Assembly (NCBI GenBank): GCA_943704425.1
Contig: CALSCP010000439.1
Location: 1-58,615 of the forward strand
Reading direction: 5' to 3'
Source: Ministeria vibrans ATCC 50519
Lineage: Eukaryota > Protista > Filasterea
DNA: 58,615 bases
Part shown: positions 28,103 to 40,497 of the stretch, in pieces
Position numbering within the stretch: the first letter of the stretch is position 1
How the letters are laid out: every line of letters starts with the position of its first letter
Program-made: the position numbers and the translations under genes
The notes under the pieces: generated by a model
What the model saw: only the letters and a program-made list of their open reading frames with translations
Databases searched by the model: none
What the model was told of the DNA's origin: nothing

Positions 28103-31100
28103 ATGGCGACACGACGGGAGCGCGCTGAGGAGGCGCCGCCGGAGCGGGTGTTTCGTGTGGCTGGAACCCCAATTCGCTTTCCCTTCCAGCCCTACACCTC
28201 CCAAATGGCCATTATGAATAGGGTCGTGCAAGCGATGGAGAGGGTACGAAGCACAAGAGGCAACTTGCCGCGCTAATGGAGGTTTTTTCCTTGTTTCATT
28301 GTCGTGCGCGTCGGAAACTCGCTTTGTAGAGCCAAAATGCCCTCATAGAAAGTCCGACAGGCAGCGGGAAAAGCATGGCGTTGCTGTGCTCAACGCTTGC
28401 CTGGAGATCACAGTATGCACAACGACTTGTCGAGGAGCACCAGGCGCTCGTGATGGCGCAAATGGAGGAGGGGAATGTTGTGCGCAATCGCGAACGACAT
28501 GCCACGGACTTGGGCGCCGCTTCACGGGACAGACGACCTCACGACTCGGGTCGAAAGGCTCGTGGAGTGGCTAAAGCACAAGTGAAGCGCGAACGTGACA
28601 CTGATGATGTTTTTGGTGGTGACGACGACGACGATGATGATGATGACTTTCAAAGGTCGTCCAGTTCGTATTCTCACCACCTGCGAACCTCACAAGCGGC
28701 CACGAGATCAAGTCAAACAGCATCTGTTACTTCCACAACAACAACAGCCGCAACGGCAACGAGTGCCCCCAACCAACACACAAACAACGGCAAGACAGCA
28801 AAGCCTCCGAAAATATTCTATGCAACGCGCACACACAAACAAATCACACAAGTGGTCGCTGAGCTAAGGCGCACCTTTTACCGCGATCAGAGCATGACAA
28901 TTCTTTCGAGTCGCGATCACACCTGCATTCATCGCCGTGTGTCGCGCTCGTCACACAAGAACGACGAGTGCCGTTCCCTCCTGAGCGCCCACAATCCCGA
29001 GCAATGCCCGCACTTCCACAACGCACACACGCTGCGCCACGCTCAAGAGTTTCAGCCGGGTGGTTCAAAGGCAGTGTGGGACATTGAGGACCTGGTCGTC
29101 ATTGGCAAGCGTCGACGAGCGTGTCCCTACTTCGCCGCCAAGGCCATGGTCGAGGACGCCGGTATTGTCTTTTGCCCGTACAACTACCTCATTGATCCGG
29201 CCATTCGCAAGCAGATGGCCATCGATCTATCTAACCACGTCATTGTTTTTGATGAGGCTCACAATATTGAAGACGTCGCGCGCGACGCCGCCTCGCTCGA
29301 AATCGAGCTGTCCACGCTCGAGCACATTCGCGACCAGCTCATCGAGTTTGCGCCACCCGCCGGCGACTGCAGCAGCGACCAGGCCACTACATCTGCCTAC
29401 GCGATACTGACGAGGATTGCTGAGGCTCTTATTGAGCTGGTGAACAGCGGCAAGGGCACCCATCAAGAAGTACAGTTCCAGAAGACCATTGACAATTGGA
29501 CGGGCGTCGAGGCGGCCGTGTTGCTTGAACGTTGCTACGTGACGCCGGTCACCGTTGATGCACGTGCGCAAGATGTAGCTCAGCTGGCAGAGCTGTCGCG
29601 CACGGCCGCCGACGCTCACATGCCTCACATGGGCCGTCGTGCGTTGCAGGCACTCGAGGAACTCTTTCGCGTGTGCGCCTTCCTTCTCATTGACAATGGC
29701 GCACGCGCCAACGACTACCATGTGGCTATCGTCAAGGAAACTCGTCAGCAGCAACAGCAACAGCAACAATCACATCAAGGACAAAGGCGGTCCCGCTACA
29801 AGGTCAATACTGCTGCCACTGTTGCTTCTACGCCCACACTCTCCACACGGCTGTGCTTTTGGAGTTTGAGTCCCGCAACGGCATTTCGATCGCTGCGCGA
29901 CGCCGCTCGCTCAATCATTGTCACCAGTGGCACTCTAGCACCGCTTGACACGTTCTCGGGCGAACTCGAGACGGAGTTTCGCTTGCGTCTCGAGGCGAAC
30001 CATGTCATCAAATCGTCTCAAGCACTCGTCTCGTGCCTCACTCACGCCCCCGACGGTCAGCCCATCACGGCAACCTTCAAGCACACGCAAACGCTGCGTT
30101 TCCAAGACCAGATCGGCCTGATTTTGCTTGAAAGTGTTCAGGTGGTGCCTCACGGTGTACTCTGCTTTCTGTCCTCCTACTCCCTGCTCGACAAGCTTGT
30201 GCAACGCTGGCAGCAAACGGGCTTGCTGACGCGTCTTGGTCAGTACAAGATCGTCTTGAGTGAGCCCCATGGACACGCTGCCAAGGCTGACGTCGAGGGT
30301 GTTATGCGTACCTTTTACACTACAATAGCCGCCGATAAGGGAGCTCTTATGCTCGCCGTGTGTCGTGGCAAGTTGAGCGAAGGCATCGATTTCGCAGACG
30401 CTCGCTGTCGTCTTGTCCTCACCGTGGGCATTCCTTTCCCAAACACCAAGGATCCCAAGGTTGAGTGCAAACGCAAGTACAACGAAGCCAATTCGCGCAC
30501 CAAAGGACTTCTCACTGGCAGCATGTGGTATGAGATTCAGGTACTTTCTACTTTGGGGTGGGGCTTTTTTTTTGGTTTTTATTATTTTGTTTTCGTTTTT
30601 GTTTTGTTTTTGTTTGTTTTTGTTTTTGTTTTGTTTTTTTTTGTTTATTGTTAGGCCTTTCGAGCGTTGAATCAGGCTTTGGGACGGTGTATTCGCCATC
30701 GCAAGGACTGGGGCGCGATTCTCATGGTGGATGATCGGTTCAGCGAGGAGCGCAGTCGTCGAAGTCTGTCGCGATGGGTGCGCGAAGCTCTTGTAGTGCA
30801 TCCGCGTTGGAATTCACTAGCCGACTCGCTACGTCAATTTATCGACGCCAATACTTCACGTGCCCCATCGCCACTACCACCAGCACCATTGAAACCATTG
30901 CTTTTATCGTCATCATCCGCATTACCCTCATCTACCCATGCTCCCAACACCACCAAGCGACCACTGGTCGAGCCTGAATTTGAGCTACCGCCGCATAGAC
31001 TGGCAGCTACCACTTCAGCAGGCATTCCAGAGCGGCCGGCAGCGACCGCACGGGTACCCAAGCGGCTGCGAGTTGAACCCGAGTTTGAGGAGGAGGATTT

Positions 31101-31686
31101 GGACGTTGAACCGTTGTGTGAGCACCAGGTCGTCGATGAGATACCAATGGACTGTGCAGAGGATGGGGAAAGGCCGCGAGCGAAGGAGGTGGAGGAAGAC
31201 GAGATTGATGAGGAGACTCTTCGACAGCTTGTGGCCGATCCAGGCACAAGTCAGAGTCAGAAGAGCGACTTGGACATGCTGGGGAACTACGGCGATGACG
31301 ATGACGAAGTAGCACTCGCGGCAATTTGCGTGGACTTTGACGACAACACCAGTGGCACGGTGATGGCAATCACGAAAGCAACAGCAACCTCAACGACGAC
31401 AGCAACAACGACCACCACACCTCGACCTTCTCGACCAATTCGTCAGTTGCTTGAATGTGCTCGCGTGCGATATGACAGTACTGTGTGTGACAGTGACGTT
31501 AGCATCGCCACTGATGCACTTTTTGCCGAGGAGTTACCTGAGACTCCCTTGTGCTATTTCCACGACGAGCTTGGGCTTGCCTTTCGCGTACTCATGTGTC
31601 CTGCGTGTGCCAGTTGCGTTGGCGTGCGTCTTGTCAGTGCACCTCGCGAGATTTGGCGATTGTCTCATCCGTCGTGTGTTTTGTAA
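28103..31686 (+). CDS. BRIP1: FANCJ/BRIP1 Fe-S DNA helicase
   Basis: FPFQPYTSQ, ESPTGSGKSMALLCSTLAW, KIFYATRTHKQITQVVAELRRT, SSRDHTCIH, WDIEDLV..CPYF, DEAHNIED, TSGTLAP, AVCRGKLSEGIDF, NQALGRCIRHRKDWG. The THKQI variant favours FANCJ over RTEL1. Confidence 0.9.
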
Positions 31687-32068
31687 TAATATTCTCATCG
31701 TTGTATACAAGGGTTGACATAGAATACCTCATAATAACTTTTCCTCGCGTGCTTATATTCGCTTGCATGCTCTTAATTTTAATATTAACTTCACAACTGT
31801 CAACGTTAGGAGTTCGGCTCTCGATTCTCTATTAATATTAATAAAATTAATTAGTGGATTACTGGAAGTTTACGGCGGAAGTATAATTTATGAAGTCTAA
31901 AAAATCTAATTTCTTTTCTCTTTTACTATACAATTGATAGCGATATATAAAGTGCTTGCAAACAAAAAAAAAAGCGACGTATATGTGTGACGCCTCACTG
32001 ACGTGTGTCGTGCTGTTCTAATTGTATGCTTTTAACACTTGACTCTTTATTCATTTTACCAAAAGAAA

Positions 32069-32099
32069 TAAGAAGAAGAAGAAGAAGACAACCCATTTA
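32069..32099 (-). mobile_element. Ultra-short 3'-end insertion of the (TTC)n-tailed retroelement, with 13-bp target-site duplication
   Basis: TTACCAAAAGAAA at 32056-32068 and 32100-32112 flanks TAAGAAGAAGAAGAAGAAGACAACCCATTTA. Confidence 0.7.
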
Positions 32100-32156
32100 T
32101 TACCAAAAGAAAATAAAACAATAACTTACATTAAATTTTTTCTTTTCTTTTCGCTA

Positions 32157-35100
32157 ATGGCAAGACCCGAGGAATTGTTTCCATTCTACGAGACATGTAC
32201 CTCGAGGGTAGCCAACTTGACATGGGATGCAATTGATGCGGATCTCAGTGTGCGAACACAACCTCTCTCTTCACTCGCCACGTCTCGCTTTGCCGATCGT
32301 CCTCTCTTTCCTGACGTTGTCGCCAACGGTAACAACAGAGCGTAGCGCCTCTCTCTCACTCTCTCCTTCGTGGTCCCTCTTTATTTCTTTGTCTCAACCT
32401 TTTGACATGAAAAAAAAATCGCGTTGGAAACGAAAATCTGACAGCTCGTCAACCGGTCGGTATTGTCTCGCTAACGCCGCGTTTTGTAGAAGAAAATGGA
32501 CTTGTACATTACGAACAGGTGCCCCAGACGACCACACCGCGAACACCACACCGAACAGTACTGCAACAACCGCCCGAATCTCCTTCGCTTTTTTCTCCGG
32601 CATTTGCCGCCCTCGCTGCCCCTTCCTTGTCGGCAGCATCTTCTCACTCTCCTGGTGGTGCACAAATCACCTGGGTACCGCAACATACGAGTTCGCCCGA
32701 TGCCAATGCTACAACGCCAATCATTGCAAATGGTGCGTCGCCACTCTTGCTTCCTAGCGCCCCCGTACCAGCTTCGCCCTGTGCGATCACGTCGCCGTTA
32801 CGTAACACCATGGCAGGTCACACTACATCATCTGTAGCTGCTGATTCGTCGTCTATACCACGGGCACCGGGCTCGTCGCCACCATCACGCAAGCGGCCTC
32901 GGCTCTCGTCCGCGAGTGACGAAACGCCCTCGGCTTCCTCCGTGCGTTGCATCGTCGATCAGTTCAATTGGAGTCCGTCCATGGAAACTCCAGTACGCCG
33001 CCGCTCAGATGCAAGTGTCAACAACTCGATGGGGCCAGACGGAGAAGAACAGCAACGCAGTCCGCTTGCGCCACACACACCGACCTCCAAGACAAGTCCT
33101 GGACATGACATGGCCAGAAACACCGCTGTGGCTGTCACTCCGGCCGACGACGTGTCGCCTGCTCTATTTCGTGGCTCCAACACATCCCACAGACGTGTTC
33201 ATGACGATCCCGAAGAGCGGCCACTTCGTCAACGTCTCTCGTTTGGTGTGAGTGCTCAGCAGGAAGAGATGGACGCTGTTGTAACAAAGCCACAGGTTGA
33301 GCGTGTCGCCAGGATCTTATCCTCTCGTCTTGGGACGGACACTACAGAGGTGTGCACCAGCAAGATTTGCAACGACAAGATGTCGACAGGCGAGTCGCGC
33401 AGTACGCTTCCACGCGCTGAGGAGCAGGTCTCCGACGACGTGCCGCCCGCTCAAATGACTGGATTCCAGACGGCGGCCGGCAAGAAGATTGCTGTGACGC
33501 CGACTGCAATGGCACGCGCTGAGAAGCTCGCGGCCGAGGTGGAGCACGCGAACGACTCTGGACCAATGGTGAGCGAGTTTAAGACGGCGGCCGGCAAGAA
33601 GATTGCTGTGACGCCGACTGCAATGGCACGCGCTGAGAAGCTTGCGACCGAGGTGGAGCACGAGAACGATTATCGTTCTCCTGTTGGACCAATGGTGAGC
33701 GAGTTTAAGACGGCGGCCGGCCAGATGATTGCTGTGACGCCTACTGCAATGGCACGCGCTGAGAAGCTTGCGACCGAGGTGGAGCACGAGAACGATTATC
33801 GTTCTCCTGTTGGACCAATGGTGAGCGAGTTTAAGACGGCGGCCGGTAAGAAGATTGCTGTGACGCCTACTGCAATGGCACGCGCTGAGAAGCTTGCGAC
33901 CGAGGTGGAGCACGCGAACGACTCTGGGCCAATGGTGAGCGAGTTTAAGACGGCGGCCGGCAAAAAGATTGCTGTGACGCCTACTGCAATGGCACGCGCT
34001 GAGAAGCTCGCGGCCGAGGTGGAGCACGCGAACGAGCCCAAATATATGGAATCGCCTCGAACGAAAGCGCCAATTGGCCTCCAGTTGGTCCAGCGCGATG
34101 GTGATGCTTGCGTACGTGATGCGAATGCACTCGAGGATGCTCGAGAAGCTGCTACCTCTGATACTCCATCGCAGGCGCAGCACGACGCAGATGTGATGAT
34201 GGTGGCAGAAGAACACTGGACGCGACGTGACGCTTCGCTTTTTTCGAAAAGTTTTCAGTCTGCGGCGACGTCGAATGTGTCCCGACGAGCACATCGCGAG
34301 ACGCCGTTGACCGCTACATCGGACATTGCTGACGAGGAGGTGCAACATCGTCCTTTCGTCCCCACCGCTGATCGTGTTGCCACAGGCTTTAGCTTTGCCT
34401 CAGGCGGAGCAGTCTCTGTATCGAAGGAACTTTTGGATGCACAGAGCCACGATGATCATCCCAACGATAGGACGCACCACCACACATCGCCGGTAGAGGC
34501 GACGGCGCTCTTGCCACGCAACGATAGCTTCACGGGTGACCAGCTCGTCGCGTCGCCCTTCCAGACGGCCTCTCGTCGACCCGTGCTGCTTCACTCGGAA
34601 CAGAGCCACGCCAGTGTCCGTCGTGCTCGCGACACCGATGGACTTGTGTCTGTTCCATCACGTCGTTCGCCCATCATCCAACCAACTCCCTTGCGTCCAC
34701 CTCCCACATCCTCCGTGACACCTCTATCGGCTGGCGCCTCCACTCTTCTGAAGACTCCCATTCGCTCTCGTCCGTCCCCATCCACCTTTACCACCACGAC
34801 CATGGTTACGCCTGTCTCGTCGGCCAAGCGTTCTACGCCTGGCTCGCTTCGCAATACTCCGTTTAAGAAGCATCGTCTCATGTCGCCGGTCAAGCCGTTG
34901 GCCTTCCCTTCTCCCGCTTCGAAGAGCACAAATCCCTCGACCGTTACGAACGAGCCAGTCTTTGACCTGGTGTCACCTATGCATCCCGCTCGAATGGGTA
35001 TGCGCGAGTTCTTTGGCATTACCTCCCTACCTCCAACACACGACCGTGAGACACTGAAGAGTTTTTTACGCGAATGTGTGCTCGACATCACGAGCGAGAC

Positions 35101-37962
35101 GGCCGCGTCGTTTCGCTTTGCGCGCGACTACTTTATGGGCACCAGCAAACTTGAAAACGCCGGCTCTACACCCGTTGTTCAACTTGGACCGTCTCAAGTA
35201 CCCCTCGACCGGAATCACTCGTGCGGCGCGCCAGAGATGCATCGTGCTCTTGTTGAGCTGACGCCCGGTGTGCGCTCTGATCTTATCACGCCCGAGTGGA
35301 CGCGCAATCACTACCGCTGGATCGTGTGGAAGCTCGCGTCGCAAGAGATTCATTTTCCCGAGATGTGTGCCGACCGACGTCTCACTCCCGAGCGGGTGAT
35401 TGCGCAGCTGCGCTATCGCTACGAGCGAGAGATCAATCGAGCGGAACGCTCCGTTTTGCGTCGCATTGTCGAGAAGGATCACTCGCCTGCAGCTCTTCTC
35501 GTTCTTATCGTGACCCGATTGCACCGCTCAAATGCCGGTGGACTCTGTGACTCTGTTGAGTTGTCGGATGGCTGGTATGGCGTGTCGGCGACGCTGGATG
35601 CGGGACTTGATCGACTCGTGCAGCTCGGTCGTCTCGCCGTCGGCCACAAGATTTGGGTGTGGGGAGCCGAACTTCAGGGGTTGCCGGAGGCTGCGCCGCC
35701 ACTGGAGTTGCCGCCGTCGTGTCGTCTGGTGATCGCACTGAACAGCACGCGACTTGCACGCTGGGACACGCGTTTGGGTTACCAGCAGCGCAAATGGCTG
35801 CCTATGCCGGTGAGGGCGGTGCGTCCGAGTGGTGGCATTGTGCCCTGTCTCGACGTGGTCGTTGTGCGCAAGTACCCGCTGCTCTTTCTGGAGCAAGGTA
35901 CACGTGTGGTCCGCAACGAGCGTGCTGAGGATCGCGTTGCCATCCGCCATAGTCGGGAACGCGACCGTCACATGAGTGTGCTCGTCAACGAGTTTGACCG
36001 ATCCTCACACCATGCCGTTGGCAGCAGTCACGGCGGCGATGGCGACGAGGAGGAGGCGGACGAGGATGATGAGGCTCTCGCGCCAGTTGGATCCATTCAC
36101 GAGCTCGAGGACGCCGCAGAGATCGCGGCGTGGGTTCGACATGCGCGTGACCCGTATGAGGCACAGCGTCGCCTGAGTGCGACGCAAACGACGGCACTTG
36201 AGACGTACACGCTGCAACGTCACGAGGCCCAACGGCAGGATCTGTTGGCACGCATTGAAGAGAAGCTGGAGGAGCGTGGCGTGCGGGAGCGACAGGTGTC
36301 GTCGTTTGTGGACCTGTGGTTGCGTGATGCGGCAGCTGGCGACGACGACGAGGCGCTCGGACAGAGTGATTGTTTCTTGCGTGTGTGGCGGCCGGATGTA
36401 GACACGCTGTCGCTACTCAACGAGGGCTGTAGAGTGCGCGTGTTTGGCACGACGGCGACCAAACTAAAGGGGGGTCCCCACAAGAAGCAGGTTCAGCTGA
36501 GCGTGTCAAAGACGACTCGCTACCAGCAGCTTGCGCGCTATTATGAGCCCATGCGTGATGTGTGGACACGCACGCTGGTACCGCTGGACAATGTACGACA
36601 TGTGCCGCTTTTGCAAGAGGTTGACCTGGTGGGCGTGGTAGTGCGTGTGGGCGAGACGGAACTGCACACGAATGGAGGTGCCGTGCAAATGTCGGAGCAG
36701 ACGCTGTTTGTGACCGATCTCAATTCCCCTGGCTCACTTCTCGTGGTTCTGGTACGTGGTGGTCTGGAGTCTCTTGCGCTAGACGATGTGTGTTGTCGTG
36801 GAGTGCCCATGGCCTTCTCCAACTTAATTTCTCTTGGGTGCGATCAAGGCATGGACGAAATGGCACGGTGTGGGGCGCGCGAGCATGCTGTGCTCACTAT
36901 GTCACCGTCGGACACGAACATGCGTGCGGCGCTCGCTGCTCAGCGTGACTTGCTTGTTGCTGCCGGAGACGAAGACACCGCCTTTGCAAGCGTTGACGAC
37001 AAAATTCACTACTTGCTGTCGCCGCAGGTGGTCGTGGGTGCCAGTCGTCCCTCGTTCATGGGGAACTCGATGATGGGCAGCTCTTCGACAACTGCGGGAG
37101 CACCCGCGGTTTGTTCGCTGAGTGCGAGTGTGTCGTGTGCAGTGGCGGTCATCAAGTGGCACGCAGGCCACGTGTTTATTGGGAGCGCTGCGCAGCGACC
37201 CGAATTGAGGGCGCATTTTGGACGAACGTGTGCGATTCATGGGCCTGTCGACGTCGCAACACGCGCGATTGCCGAGCAACGAGGCGGAATGTTTGTAGTA
37301 AGCCTTGAGGATGGACAGACGCAGCACGAGCGAGTGCTCATGGACACCGAGCAGGCACAGGTATTTCTGCAGCTTGTGTTGGCGCTGGATGAATCTGCGT
37401 GGATTGTGGATGATGCGGGCGAGCCCTTTTCGCTGGACGTGCTCCACCGCTCACTCACACGAGCGCACCTGTTGCCCGACTCGGAAGATGGTAGTGACGA
37501 GCGCTCGGTTAACGACGACGACAACGATGACGAGCATCGGATGCGCGGCCTCAGCTGTGCCAGTGGCTTTGTCGCAGACTGTCCTGTGTGCGCTGTGAAC
37601 GAGGCAGAAGATGCCGATGGTGTGCCTTTTACTCGCTCCGAATGGGACGATTTTTCGGCGCGCATGTGCCACGGACTGTGTGCGCCTACGCTGCAGGTGA
37701 GACACAAGACGGGTGCGTAGTGTGATTAACTTTTTATTATTATTATTTATTTCGTTTCAAGTTTGAATTGGAAGCGTGTGACCCGCGCGATCATTTGAGT
37801 GAAGTGGCGAACTGGATTGTGCGCGACGTAAGCAGAACCATTATTGGTATTTTCTGCGTTATACTATTCTTTGTGTAGGTTTCTCGAGTGGCTCCCGTGA
37901 AGCGCCTCGAGACTTTGCTTGCGCCATATCGTCCTCCGCGCAGAGTGCGCCATGATGAATGA
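32157..37962 (+). CDS. BRCA2: BRCA2 homologue (BRC repeats, helical domain, OB folds, tower)
   Basis: BRC F(Q/K)TAAGKKIAV..AMARAEKL; WTRNHYRWIVWKLAS; QLRYRYEREIN; VELSDGWY; NSTRLARWDTRLG; VVVRKYPLLFLE..VRNERAE. The terminal small exons are less certain. Confidence 0.93.
33464..34035 (+). repeat. Tandem array of 5 near-identical BRC repeats (spacings 114, 126, 126, 114 nt)
   Basis: Repeat starts at 33464, 33578, 33704, 33830, 33944. Confidence 0.92.
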
Positions 37963-38382
37963 AACCTATGTATTATTATTAATTATTTGTCTTTTTCTGA
38001 GTAATTATTATTTCGATAAACAAAGACTGCCTTTTTTAGTGAGTTTTAACGTCTTCTATCAGCACAATAATCATCTTCCTGTAACATTAATAATAATAAA
38101 TAAAAAATTATTGCTCACCTGAGAGAAGAACTATGGCCTTGTACGATGAATTGAGCGAACCTTAACATATTTATCCGCTATATAGCACTAGAAGGTCTCA
38201 CTCCCCCTTATCCTTGCAGTAATAAAACCAGCCCACTCGCAACTTATTGAATATATACAATACACTACTATGCAAAAGCACAATAATATTATTATTATTA
38301 TGTTCAACTTTCTATCGAATATTTTAGCTGAGTTTTTGATTTTTCATCATAATTCATATATACACTTTTTCCTCCGTGCACG

Positions 38383-39122
38383 ATGACCGAGTCCTGGTCA
38401 CAGACAGCAGCGGAGTGGAGGAGCAACCTTCCGGCATCCTTGACGACGGGCTTCTCTGAGTTGTCAGGCAAACTTCCCGTGTCGCTCACCAAAGTGTTCT
38501 CGTCTGCGCCGCTGAACGATGCAGAGACGGGTGGCGCTGCATCTGGCGATCAGTCTGACGAAGCCTCGCTGTTTGCACGCCTTGGCGAACACACCCGACT
38601 CACCCACAAGCAGCGCGCCGTGGGATTCGTTGGGTTTCTTATTGGCAGTGCGATTTCGTTTACTCTCGCGTCCCTCTTTCTTCCATTTGTCTCTATTTTC
38701 CCCAGGTACCCACCACTACCTCTATTGGAACCGTGCTGCTCAAGCCTGAGAGGACGCGCACTGACCTGCTCGCAAATGTGTCTTGCAGGAAATTCTTTCT
38801 GTTGTTTACGCTCGGCTCGCTCTTTTCCATGTGTGCCTTTTCGATGCTCCACGGGCCATGGGAGCACCTGAAGCACATGATGTCGGCCGAGCGGCGGGTT
38901 TTCTCCTTGTCGTACATTGGTTCGCTGTTTGCAACACTCTATGCGGCGATGGCGTTGCACAGTGCTATTCTGACTTTGATCTGTGGATCACTTCAAATCT
39001 ACGCACTTCTCTGGCTACTCTTTGCCTACATTCCGGGCGGAACGTACGGCCTTCAGATTCTCTTCAAAATCGCGTGGGTTGCCTTGCGATCGCTATTTAA
39101 TCAGTTCCTTGCAACGCAATGA
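38383..39122 (+). CDS. SFT2/Got1-family vesicle transport membrane protein
   Basis: LTHKQRAVGF..LFLP...PR|KFFLLFTLGSLF..LHGPWEHLKHMMSAER...YIGSLFATLY..QIYALLW...YIPGG. Confidence 0.9.
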
Positions 39123-39260
39123 GCGAAACGCAATGGGCAAAACGAGTGTACAATATTATTGCATAGAGAAGAATGAAGAAGTACATTAGTATTAATACAT
39201 TTTTATTATTATTCGCGTTGTGAGCCGTTGTCACTAATGACTAATTTTTTTGTTTTAAAT

Positions 39261-39354
39261 TCGATATTAATTAGAAGAAGAAGAAGAATACAACCCATTT
39301 ATTAATGATATTAATTAGAAGAAGAAGAATACAACCCATTTATCGATATTAATT
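39261..39354 (-). mobile_element. Two tandem ultra-short 3'-end insertions of the same retroelement, with target-site duplications
   Basis: TCGATATTAATT (39261-39272 and 39343-39354) and GATATTAATT (39307-39316) separate two copies of (AGA)nATACAACCCATTTA. Confidence 0.75.
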
Positions 39355-39727
39355 GATTTAATTACAATAATAATAGTAATCAATCCGAGAGACAAACACA
39401 CACACAGACAGGCAGGCAGAAAGTCAGACGGAGAGAGTGAGAAAAAGACACAGAAAAACTTCAGAGACGAACCAGAGACAGGCACAGTCAGAGAGACAAA
39501 TAGACAGGAGGCAGACGCACGGACAGGCAGACAGAATGATAGACAAGCACAAGTAGGAGAGGAGAGACAAAGAGTCATTCAGACCGAAACGTAAACGTTA
39601 CCAACGTCGGTGATTTTGATCAAGTAGCAACTTAGTAATTAATAGTAATAATAATCATTATTACGGTTTGACCACCCATAGATCTAAGATCTAGACTAGC
39701 ACGGGCCTAAAAAGAAGGAGCACTGGA

Positions 39728-39784
<57 letters not shown>

Positions 39785-39786
<2 letters not shown>

Positions 39787-40290
39787 GAAAGAAAAAAGAA
39801 TACTACCCATTTATTAATGATACAGCCACCACGCGAAGACACAGCCAGACCGCCTTGCAAACTCAACCGAAACTCTAGAGGTAACATGGGAGAACAGTGG
39901 CGGGTCATAGTGCTGTGTCGACGCTATCCAGTGAGGCAATCGCAATGGTACGCCATACCCCCAGAGGAGGCTTAGGGCTCTGACACCATGAAGGTGTCTG
40001 TCGGCAAGGAGTGTAAAGTCGAAGTCGTGGTTGAGGCAATTGGATCGGTGGTCGGCGGCGGCAAGTCCAGGTGTCTGCGGGGCGCTCCCGTGGTACACAG
40101 GCGGCGCGGGTCGGCTGTAGGGCGGCTGGTGTGCTTGTTGTCGTGACTGTGTGTTAGATTATGAGGATAGNNNNNNNNGGCAAGTCCAGGTGGCTGCGGG
40201 GCGCTCCCGTGGTACACAGGCGGGGCGGGTCGGCTGTAGGGCGGCTGGTGTGCTTGTTGTCGTGACTGTGTGTTAGATTATGAGGATAAA
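39785..40290 (-). mobile_element. Decayed 3' fragment of a non-LTR retrotransposon, probably CRE/REL-endonuclease type
   Basis: Near-identical to 58510-58615. The minus strand ends in a stop codon overlapping AATAAA, then GGGT(T/A)GTATTC and a TTC-rich tail. Frameshifted remnants II*HTVT..PGLAAA..C..DFDFT.LA/TDTF..RVSVEFARRS resemble the REL C-terminus. Adjacent to (TAA)n. Confidence 0.6.
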
Positions 40291-40497
40291 AAGGATATGG
40301 ATGGGTGGGGAGGGGGAAGAAAACGGGGGGTTCAAGAGGGTGAAGAATCACTGGCTGGCGTTGATGGCGACGATGAAGATAAATTTATTGGGATTAGCAG
40401 AACGATCGTATACATTGAACAGTTCCGCCAGTCACCAATTAATATAATTTATAGTAAGAATAAAAATTTAATAATAGTGAAAAGATAGTTTACTAAT

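Noticed and set aside
28103-31686. RTEL1 or DDX11 as alternative identity of the helicase
   Set aside because: TRTHKQI, GKSMALLCS.LAW and CIRHRKDWG fit FANCJ better; no harmonin-like or PIP C-terminus recognised.
39261-39354. Repeat-spacer-like pattern suggesting CRISPR
   Set aside because: Eukaryotic context, the 'spacers' are copies of each other, and there are no cas genes; it is explained by TSD-flanked insertions.
40059-40290. Tandem duplication within the retroelement fragment
   Set aside because: The copies directly flank an 8-N gap; most likely an unmerged overlap or two alleles.
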